Source of the DNA: Glycera tridactyla
Taxonomy: Eukaryota
Assembly: GCA_965644265.1 (NCBI GenBank)
Contig: OZ286474.1
Location: 78,058,001 to 78,122,000 of the forward strand
Direction of reading: 5' to 3'
Length of the DNA stretch: 64,000 bases
Numbering within the stretch: position 1 is the stretch's first letter; every line of letters starts with the position of its first letter. Under the pieces are notes generated by a model. The model did not search any database, was not told the DNA's origin, and worked only from the letters and a program-made list of their open reading frames with translations. This document shows, piece by piece, positions 40,953 through 51,313 of the stretch. A program made the position numbers and the translations under genes.

Positions 40953-43900
40953 TATGATTAAGCTGTCGTGTGCCAGAGATTTGGGATTGGAGATTAAGAA
41001 AAGTTCACAGTCGGCTCATCAGGCAGATGGCAGGTCTCCTTTGAAGGTCGTCGGGGAGACTCAACTCCAGTTGTCGCGGGATGAAAAAGTCTTCACCCTA
41101 GATGCTCTTGTGGTGGAGAACCTTGACGTTGACTTGCTCGCTGGGACACCCTTCCTTGAAGCTAATGATATAAGTGTGCGGCCTGCCAGACGTCAGATCA
41201 TTCTTAGTGATGGAACTGTGTATGAATATGGCTCCGCAAGTATGTACGAAGGATCAGGATCTCATACTGTACGTCGTGCACATGTCCTACGTGCTCCATC
41301 AAGTATGACTGTCTGGCCAGGAGAGTATGTGGAACTTCAACTACCAGAGGTCTTCAAATCACATGATGCTACTTATGCGCTCGAGCCACGTAGAGATAGC
41401 CCAGCAATAAGCCCATCTTACAAGCCAACATCATCCTGTCATCAATGGCCACCATTGAGTCTCGTGACCAGTGTTGCGGGTAGAGTTCGAATCCCCAATT
41501 TGACAGATGAGGTCCAGGTGATCAAACGCCATGCTCATTTCTGTCAGGTGCGTCCTGCCTACATTCCATTACAAGCTGATGACAGTGATGATATCGTCAG
41601 TAGTGATCCCGATTTGGCAAGAGCTTGTACAGCAGAGTTACATTATAATGGCAATGTGCGACATTCATCATCCGTGCGTGTTGATCCCGATAATATGCTA
41701 CCGGGCGATGTCACAAACAAGTTCCGTGCTGTGTTAAACCAATAAGATGATGTGTTTGACCCGAAAATCACTGGCTACAATGGGGCCCTGGGTCCTTTCA
41801 AGGCAGTCGTGAATATGGGCCCAGTCCAACCTCCCCAGAGAAAAGGCAGGTTACCACAGTATTCAAGGGATAGGCTAGTCGAGCTCCAGCAGAAGTTCTC
41901 AGAGTTGGAAAAAATGGGTGTATTTGTCAAACCTGAGGATGTTGGTGTATCAGTTGAGTACTTGAATCCATCTTTTCTTGTGAAAAAAACGAGTGGTGGG
42001 TTTCGCTTGGTGACGGCCTTTGCAGATGTTGGTCGTTATAGTAAACCCCAACCGTCATTGATGCCAGATGTTGATTCTACTCTCAGGTGTATCGCACGGT
42101 GGAAATTTATCACGGTATCTGATCTCACAAAGGCATTTTACCAAATCCCATTGGCACATGATTCCATGAAGTACTGTGGTGTAGTCACCCCATTCCGGGG
42201 CACACGGGTTTATGCCAGATCTGCCATGGGAATGCCTGGATCTGAGACAGCTCTCGAAGAGCTGATGTGTAGGGTTCTAGGTGATTTACTGGAAGAGGGA
42301 GTGGTGGCAAAAATTGCTGATGACTTGTACTGTGGCGGCGATACGCCAGACGATCTTTTGGCAAACTGGACAAGAGTTCTACAGGCATTGGAAAAGTGTA
42401 ATCTCAAGCTCTCTGCATCAAAAACAGTCATGTGTCCAAAATCTACTTCTATCCTGGGGTGGGTCTGGTGTGATGGTTCATTACAGGCTAGCCCTCACAG
42501 AATATCTGCTCTGGCTACATGTGCCCCTCCAGTGAATGTCAAGGGTATGAGGTCATTTGTTGGTGCCTATAAAGTTCTGGCGCGTGTGATACCTGGCTGC
42601 GCACATGTTTTGACCCCATTAGATGCAGCTACAGCTGGTCGACAATCACAGGATTGTATCCACTGGACAGATGAATTAAGATGTGCATTTAAAGCTGCAC
42701 AGGCAGCTCTCGAATCACATCGATCCATAACACTACCTCGCCCAAATGATCAGTTGTGGATCGTAACTGATGGTGCTGTCAAAACCCCAGGCATGGGAGC
42801 AACCCTGTATGTCACTAGAGATGGAAAACCACGAGTTGCTGGATTTTTCAGTGCAAAATTGAGAGGTCGCCAGCTAACATGGATCCCGTGTGAAGTTGAG
42901 GCAATTGCGATTGCAACTGCAACCAAGCACTTTGGTCCATACATAATACAGTCAAAACATCGAACATGTATTCTCACAGACAGCAAGCCCTGTGTACAAG
43001 CGTATGAAAAACTATGTCGTGGGGAATTTTCTGCTAGTCCCAGGGTATCAACCTTTCTGTCACATGTGAGTCGATTCCAGGCTTCTGTGATGCATCTTTC
43101 TGGATCAGCAAACTTACCCAGTGATTTTGCCAGTCGGAATGCCCCAGATTGTTCTGATCCCAAATGTCAAGTCTGCTCATTCATATTCCGTACTGAAGAT
43201 TCAGCCGTACTTGGTGTGTCAATCCAAGAAATTATGCATGGCCGTTGTAAACTTCCCTTTACTACACGTTCATCTTGGTTGAGTATTCAGTCTGACTGCC
43301 CTGATCTTAGAAGAACTCGTGCGCATTTGTCTCAGGGAACACGTCCATCAAAAAAGTTGACTAACATTAAAGATGTGAAGCGGTATCTTACCAAGGTGTC
43401 CATAGCCAAAGACAACCTGCTGATTGTTCATCGCAATGAGCCTCTTGTTTCGCCCAGGGAATGCATAGTCGTGCCCCGACATGTACTACATGGTCTCCTC
43501 ACATCGTTGCACATCAAACTAGCACATCCATCTTGTCATCAATTAAAGATGGTCACCCGAAGTTATTTCTTCGCGTTAGACATGGAAAGTGCTATTGAGA
43601 CTGTTTCAGCCAGTTGTCATCAATGTGCAGCTATCCGCACTGCTCCAAAATTCGCTATGGAACAGACCTCTCAATTACCACCTGATACAGTTGGTGTGTC
43701 ATTCGCTGCGGATGTCATAAAACGAGCACGTCAACTTATTCTTGTCGTTAGAGAGACAGTAACATCTTACACCGTAACCATGTTCATTGATAATGAACAG
43801 CGTGACACTTTGCGTGATGCACTTATCAGATTATGCATCGAACTCCGTCCGCATGATGGACCACCAGCTGTTATAAGGACAGACCCTGCTCCTGCTTTTC

Positions 43901-44814
43901 AGGCTCTGGCAAAGGATGATGTTCTTAATGGTTATCGACTCCAGATTGAAATTGGTCGTATCAAGAATACAAATAAGAATCCAGTGGCTGACAAAGCCAT
44001 TCAAGAGCTTGAAAAAGAAATGCTACTCATGGACCCGCTCGGTGGTCCCTTCACAGACTTGACTCTTGCTGTAGCTACCGCAAGAGTGAACTCGAGACTT
44101 CGATCAAGGGGTTTGTCCAGTCGGGAGATGTGGACTCAGCGTGATCAATTTACCTGCACTCAATTGCCCATCACTGATCATCACCTCATCTTGGACCAAC
44201 AGTCCCAACGCATTACCAATCATTCCCATAGTGAAAAGTCTAAAGCTCCAAATAGCCAACGAGCCTCCCAGATCAACATTTGTTGTGGTGACCTTGTATA
44301 CCTACATGCTGATCTCAACAAGTCCAAATCACGTGATCGGTACCTAGTGGTGTCTTCTGAGGGTGATTGGTGTAATATCAAGAAATTTGTTGGCTCACAG
44401 CTCCGTGATACATCATATCGTGTAAAGAAATCCGAGTGTTATATTGTGCCATCTAACATGGAGTCATTGTCTCAATCTGAGAGAGAGCGTTGTGAAGATT
44501 CTCCAGATGATGAAGAGACGAGTTCTGATATCCTTGCACCTCCAACAATTCCTACAGAAATATCCAGGCCGATTGAGCCTACCTTGTCGACTGGTTCAAT
44601 GCCTTGCGATGATCTCCCTTCAGGTGCAGGCGATCCCTCTGAGTCTGTCCATGTTCAGATTGATCCTAATGAGTGTGACAGTTCATCTGATACTGGGGAA
44701 GTTTGTGGCACTGAGCTGCCTGAATCTGAGTCCATGCCTCCTACAGGTCCACGACGGTCAGGCCGGGTGCGCAAGAAACCATGCTGGTATTCTGAATATG
44801 TGACAGATTTCTGA
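40953..44814 (+). pseudogene. pol: Gypsy pol polyprotein (partial protease, RT, RNase H, integrase) with one in-frame stop
   Basis: Retropepsin C-half (..DALVVENLDVDLLAGTPFLEANDI); in-frame TAA at 41743-41745 (NQ*DDVFDP); RT ([22 protein letters not shown]); RNase H (TDGA, CEVEA, TDSKP, DFASR); integrase HHCC (HIKLAH..CHQC) and core (ADV, RTDPAP, NPVADKA). The downstream open part, 41752-44814, is 1020 aa. Confidence 0.93.
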
Positions 44815-45034
44815 TCGGTCAAACCAAATGGCAATACTCGTTATGTAGTTTTACATCAATCATTTGGGGACAGTTTATTGTATTTGGACCATTTATTCCT
44901 TGGTATGTTTGTGAATATCTTTGTCTATATGTGATGACATTGTTGATATTTGATGGCAGACTGATATTATCAGTGAGACTTTTGAGCAGTATGGAAGCAG
45001 CTTATTTGAGCACTTCAAGGTATATTGCCTCTTC

Positions 45035-45061
45035 AAAGGGGACAGAGAGAGAAGAAAGAGA
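45035..45061 (+). other. Polypurine tract (PPT)
   Basis: AAAGGGGACAGAGAGAGAAGAAAGAGA, ~220 bp after the pol stop and immediately before TGTCAC. Confidence 0.8.
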
Positions 45062-45346
45062 TGTCACGCCAGTATTGTGTATATAATGTGGATTGTGGCA
45101 TGCCATAGCAGCCTGCAGAGCTGAGTGAGTGTACATAGGTGTTTGACTGGCACCCTACCAGTATGTTGTATGTGTGTGTATATATATATGTAATTCACCT
45201 GGGGACCAGTCTAATTGTTTTCCCTCCACCTCTGTTGTGCTCTGGCTGTGTTTGAGTGTGGAGTTACTTTGCTGTGTGTCTTTGGCATTATCCTGCAAGT
45301 TGGAAGAGTTGAGCCTTCTACCTAAACTGGCGCAATCCCCTCACCA
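45062..45346 (+). repeat. Putative 3' LTR (~285 bp)
   Basis: Starts TGT directly after the PPT and ends ...CCCCTCACCA where (CTGT)n begins. The 3' boundary is inferred because there is no matching 5' LTR. Confidence 0.6.
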
Positions 45347-46160
45347 CTGTCTGTCTGTCTGTCTGTCTGTGTGTCGATCTGTGAGTCTGTGAGTATGTCT
45401 GTAAGTCTGTCTGTCTGTCTGTGTGTCTGTGTGATAGTGGTACTTGCCTGGTGTCGTTACTCATGCGACTTACTCCGTGTTGACTGCTGGCTCACCCTCA
45501 TCTCGACATGCTTAAACCAGGCACAGCTCAACTACCCTATCCTAACATCACTGTCTGTCTGTCAGTCCGTGAGTCTGTCTATGAGTCTGTGAGTATGTCT
45601 GTTAGTCTGTCTGTCTGCCTGTGTGTCTGTGTGATAGTGGTACTTGGCTGGTGTCGTTACTCATGTGACTTACTCCGTGTTGACTGCTGGCTCACCTCCA
45701 TCTCGACACGCTTGAACCAGGCACAGCTCCCCTACCCCATCCTCTCACCACTGGCAATCTGTATTTATGTCTGTGTATGTGTGTCTGTCTGTGTGTCTGT
45801 GTGTCTATCTGTCTGTGTGTCTGTTAGTCTGTCTGTCTGTGTGTCTGTCTGTGTGTTTATTGGTCTGTGTGTCTGTGTGATTGTCTTTTTGTGTGTCTGT
45901 CAGGCTCATCATCATCTCTACAAAGGAACAACTCCCCTACCTATCCTCCCATCACTGTCTATCTATCTGTCTGTCTGTCTAAGTCTGTTCGTCTGTCTGT
46001 GTGTGTCTATTTGTCTGTGTCTGTTTGTCTGTGTGTCTGTCTGTATGTCTGTGTGTATGTCTGTGTGTCCGTCTGTGTATCTGTTTGACCCTCTGTCTGT
46101 TTGTCCGTCTGTCTATCTGTGTGTATGTTTGTGTGTCTGTCTGTGTGTCTGTCTGATTTC
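45347..46160 (+). repeat. ~200-204-bp tandem array: (TGTC)n-rich spacer + 110-bp LTR-like core, decaying into (TGTC/TG)n
   Basis: Cores at 45441-45550 and 45641-45750, and a degenerate core ending at 45954. Unit ends fall at 45346, 45550, 45750 and 45954. Confidence 0.85.
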
Positions 46161-46721
46161 TTACAGCTTCTTAAGATATTACACAGATATCACATACAAT
46201 AATTCATGAGTATAGCCATATTTATCGAATGTTGCGCTATCCGTGGTGAGAGGGCCCTCTTCAAATTATAAAAGAATCCCAGCTCTAACGACTTATATCA
46301 TGCCAGAATGTAGTGAATAATGGATCTGACACACATCTAGAATGTGCTCACTCGGCAGCCTGCCATCAAGCTTGTATAAGATTCTCCGCATTATATATAC
46401 CCAACCTCCCACCCAACCACAGTGTGGAATAATAGAACAGCACGCACTCATTATGACCATACTGAGATCTGATGACGTCACCATGCTCTGACATCTACCC
46501 GGCCAGAATTATATGAGCCTCATTTCCCACAAATCTTGTCTCCAAAATGAAAATACTTGAGGAAAACCGCCTACAATGTTTGAGGAAGATGAAGACGTTG
46601 TAGATGAGGAACGTCCACTCCGATATCATTAATTCAAAGATGAGTTGGAGAGTTGAACAGGGAACATCATAATGATATGTTGGGATAGTGCAATTGAAGT
46701 AGAATAATGTAGAATAATTCC

Positions 46722-46800
<79 letters not shown>
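46722..46800. repeat. (CTGT)n microsatellite
   Basis: Directly visible. Confidence 0.97.
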
Positions 46801-46804
<4 letters not shown>

Positions 46805-49800
46805 GTGTCTTTGGGTCTGTCTGTCTGTCCGTCTGTCTATATCTCTATCAATCCATCGATCCATTCATCGATCGATTCATCCAATACATATGAATCTCCT
46901 AATATATCCATCAACTTCTCATGCGCTCACATACAAACACACACACAGAACACAACCACACACATAAACGCAGACTCTCACCCACATGTCAAACAAGCTA
47001 GTGGCGTCGACAGAATGTGTACAAGCGTCTACAGGAATATAGAAGCTTAAAGTTCCACATTGAAATGGATGGCAGCCACCGGAGCATCCTTCCCACAAAT
47101 CGTGTGCCGTCCCGACAAGAAGATCCCACTGAAATCGATTAGCTTCTATTTTTTCTTTCAGTCTGCCGTCTCCGATATGATATATGATGGCCAGGATATA
47201 AGCCATCACTGGAGACGGTCTTCGAATAAGAATAGCGTCTACTCTCAGTTAAACACATTATAATACTGTGAACATCATATTAATGTGATTCGACAAGTAT
47301 GCCGAATATCCTAGCAATTTATCACTCTCCCCTCATGCTAATTCCCCCAGCTGGCTTATAGAGACATTTGATTTATATTTGGCGCCAGTGATAGTCTAGA
47401 TTACAAATTCATAAGAAATAAATACGATGGTTGGAAAAGCTCACATTCTATTAGAGCACCATCAATTATCATCAATGCATATGCTTGGGAGTAAGGGAAA
47501 TAGAAGGGAGGTGGTTGATGGATGGTCTGATCATATTGGTTACCGTGTTTGCAGCTCTTGGGGTGAAGTTGATTGAACTTTGTTTTTGTTGTTGTTTCCT
47601 GCCACTGGCTTCCGTGTCGTCGGTTTTTGTTGACCTCCTAATCTTCCTCGAATCGCGAATGTCCTTGTATATTGAGCTCATCTTTCTCTCTCCAGTGTGA
47701 ATAAAGGAGATGAAGAGAGGATGAGGGAATGCAGTGCTTTAAGAGACTTGTCTAAGAAGTTTTTGCGGAGAGAGGTGATGGAGAATCTGTACAGATACAG
47801 AAACATCTGAGAATCACTAGCGTTACCAGGAAATTCTCTTCAAGACCTGATATTATACTGCCTGTACTGAGCGCTCTACAGCCAAGCTCCATATCCAGAT
47901 TGAGGCATCAGTTTGATGTATGACTGTCACCTAAACACGACGAGATTAGTCTCATGTACTTGTCATAGTTAATGTCTCTGTATTGCTGTCACTTCTATGA
48001 TATGCTTTTGTCTCGGCGAGCTGGCTGTTGGAGGCCTATGAATTTTCTTTGGATACCGGGCCCCGTTGTCGTTTGCATATCGCAGGAACAAGGCTCAGGC
48101 TCCAGTAAGAACTGTGTTGATAGAAACTACCACATGTATCATTTTATTCCATGGCTCCACATCAAACAACTTGCTTGGATCAGATCACGCTGAGCTGTGA
48201 TTTTACTGAGAGGTGTAAGCGCAGTATCTGTATACTATTGTGTATCGCACATGTACTGTCTTGCGTATATTCTACAGATATTTGCCCTTTAAGTATTATC
48301 TGCTCGAGTTTCATTGTTTTTTCATGATAACAGTGGCTAGATACTCCTCTGCCTTGATTCTGTATCAGATTCAGCTCCGTGAACGTCCATCAATCCAGTT
48401 TAATTACAACATGAAGAAAACGTCTCAACAGAGTACTCTTTTCATTGGTTCACCCGTCGTCCTAATACTGGAGCCTAGGGAGGTAAACCTGCAAACTACT
48501 TTTTTCCCCGTGATGAAAGGATCGTCTGTCTGACTGTCTGTCTGTCTGACTGTCTGACTATTGGCTTTCATCTCCATGTACTTGTTCCTTTTGAATATCA
48601 CTTTGGATATGATCATGACATTTAATTCTGTTTACAATCATTGACGATGACGTCTGGTTTACAGATTGATGACGTTACCTCAACACCTAAACAAATCTCA
48701 TTACAGCTGTCTTTCATACTATGTATATGACGTCCACCTAGATTTGATGACCTCTCTCCTTTGCGTTGTAAAATGATGAGACGGTGTGTCTGGTGGAGTT
48801 CGCCGCAGGCACGCGCGGGCACACACGTGCTCAGACGGGATTCACAGCCGGCTAGAAGCCTAATTGTGTTTCCTGTCCGGGATCCCGTGGGCAAGTAGCC
48901 GCGATGGGATGTCTGAAGAAGGCCAGCTAGCCCAGCTATGATGGCAAGTGTTATATCATCTGGGGATTCCGTCTCTATCACTGCCAAATCTTCTCCATAT
49001 CTGATTCCTGCACTGCATCCAGCCACAAAGCTCGGATCTCCCGCCTTCGCCCCATCACTCTTTGCGTGCTGATTCTGAAATGTCATCATGAATCTGCCTT
49101 CTCAACTCGCAACACTATACAGCTATACTACTAGCGCTTCAAGCTTAACTGTATGCTAGGCTCAACGGTGATGAAAAGTATTTGAAAATATCGCTTTTAC
49201 CGAGATACTCAGTGGAATACTTCGAGGAATAAATAAGATGCCAACTGATGTGATATACTCGTCAACCTATTAGGATAATATTATCATAACTGGGACTATC
49301 GGAGGTTGTACAAAAAGTGGTTCTACTACAACAAATGACACTCTGTCTCGTACATTTGCACCATCTCGGTGACCAAGAGCGAAGGCACTTGAATGATCCC
49401 GCCTGTGCCCTTCGTAGGGGCACCTCAGTATAGCCCTGTGGTGCTCAGGTGACGTGAAAAACCGACAACCCACTCGGCAACTGAACAAACCAACTGCGTC
49501 ATAATTTAAATGTCTCCAGTATCAATAAACTTGAACACAGCAGAACCATCACATGTGAACAAAGATGATCGCACACAATACCCTGGTTTTCAGAGACATT
49601 GAATGGTGTATTCTTGTATTGATCAACATGCCCATGACCTTAATCGACAAATGCAAGGAGGTTTTATTTTCATTGCGAGTCAATCTATCTCTTCAACATG
49701 TAGTCCGGAGAATCTGCGGATTTGTTAGGCGTCTCTAAAATTACTTTGAGCGTAGCCAGAGGCAATTGAATCATCTCTCATCCATCCTCACAACTCGGTG

Positions 49801-51135
49801 AGTGTTGGAGAATCACATGTATGTCGAAATTCTATCGTGGATGTATCGTACGTTTCTGGTTGAGTTGGATTACGATTCACCCAATATGCGAAAGAAAGCC
49901 TACTCATCCCAGGGATGAGTGAGCGGGGAAGGGGGGGGGGGTAGCACCCAAGGTGCGGGAGATTTATCACTGGGATGGAGGGGAATTCATTTCTGAATAG
50001 AAGCAAGAACTTAAAGATGGTATGAAAATGAAAATATTGAATATTGGTAAAAAGGAGCTCAAGACGTGTGAAGGATCCATCCACATGGATGAGAAATCCA
50101 CAACTTTTTCGCATAACTGCCCATCCCCGCAATCAGGCATGTAGCGCTGATGATGGGAAAGATTTCAGTGAGAATAGGTTAAGGCTGGGAATATATGATT
50201 AAATATGCAGGCGTGAGATAACGTCAGATAGGATTACGTCACGCCGACGTCATTTATTGATTATATCTCCGTAGCTACAGCCGAGTATAAATTGACATAT
50301 GGAAATCAATATATTAACTAGAACTTATGCTATTTGAGATGGAGTTGGGAGATCGCCCGCTGAGATTCTCGCAGTATGTTGAACTCGCTCAACCAGGCGA
50401 TCCGAACCTACATGTCAAAATACCATGCGGTGGAAGACCCGACTTTCGTCGGGAGTGAGTCTTTAGGTTTACCCGTGAACTAAATTCGAACTCAGTTTGA
50501 ATCAATAAATATAAAAAAATGATAAGTTGGGCATACGATTGAGTGACATTGAACCTTGCTGACATTGATAATAGGACTAATGAATTAGAATCAAATCCAG
50601 TTGGTGGTGTATTGCTACGAATGATCTGAAAAGGATATACGCAAACCCGAATATAGACATATATTCATGAATATGCCTGGTGGTAATATCAGAATCATAG
50701 TAGTAGCATTGCAAAAGTGAAATTTAATTTCGTGTCATATTCATTATAATGGTTACATAATCAACACCTGGAGTAGTGGCAGTTGTTGAGTGGTAGCAGC
50801 AGTGCTGGCGGTGGTAGTGTTAGTACAGCTGTCAAGCCTAGCCGACTGAGTCCTTTTCCAAGCCTGGTTAGAATTGAGCCTACCACGGCGTTATATGACC
50901 AAATAGATAGAGCCGAGTGCTTCTAGTCGCCACAGCGGGATTCCTACATAACACAGATTAAGAGGTTCATGATCCTTCAGCCACTCAACTAATGTATCGA
51001 TCTTTTTCTTTGCCTAGGTGAGTCACGCCAGATTATCATCAAATATGAGTATTGTGAGTATGCATGTTTTCCTGTGTTCTGGTGAGCTTGTGATTTTACT
51101 TTGACTGAGAACTGGTAGGGTGGGAATTGTGGTCA

Positions 51136-51313
51136 CAGTCGAACCTGCTCTAAAGACCACCTCTCTATAAAGACCACCTGCCTATAAAGACAACCCTGAG
51201 CTGCGACCGTGAGAGTATTCTCAACAGTAAAAGACCTCTCTATAAAGACCACCTGCCAGTAAAGACCACTTTCTGGTGCGACCGAAGGTGGTCTTTATAG
51301 ACAGGCTCGACTG
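51136..51313. mobile_element. Tc1/mariner-type MITE (178 bp)
   Basis: ~27-bp TIRs CAGTCGAACCTGCTCTAAAGACCACCT / AGGTGGTCTTTATAGACAGGCTCGACTG. The right flank is TA and the left is CA (a mutated TA is inferred). Internal TAAAGACCAC subrepeats. Confidence 0.8.

Larger units (their letters stand above)
40671..45346 (+). mobile_element. Ty3/Gypsy LTR retrotransposon, gag-less and rearranged at its 5' end
   Basis: Domain order PR-RT-RNaseH-IN, followed by a polypurine tract and a TG...CA segment. No gag and no 5' copy of the 3' LTR are visible. Confidence 0.9.

Noticed and set aside
45347-45954. CRISPR-like repeat-spacer appearance of the 200-bp array
   Set aside because: Units are 110-bp cores with microsatellite spacers in eukaryotic DNA, with no cas genes; this is not CRISPR geometry.
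45508-46209. 233-aa Cys/Val/Leu/Ser-rich ORF
   Set aside because: Translation of the (TGTC)n-rich tandem array.
48622-49089. 155-aa minus-strand ORF
   Set aside because: No recognisable motif; consistent with a chance ORF in a locally GC-richer patch.
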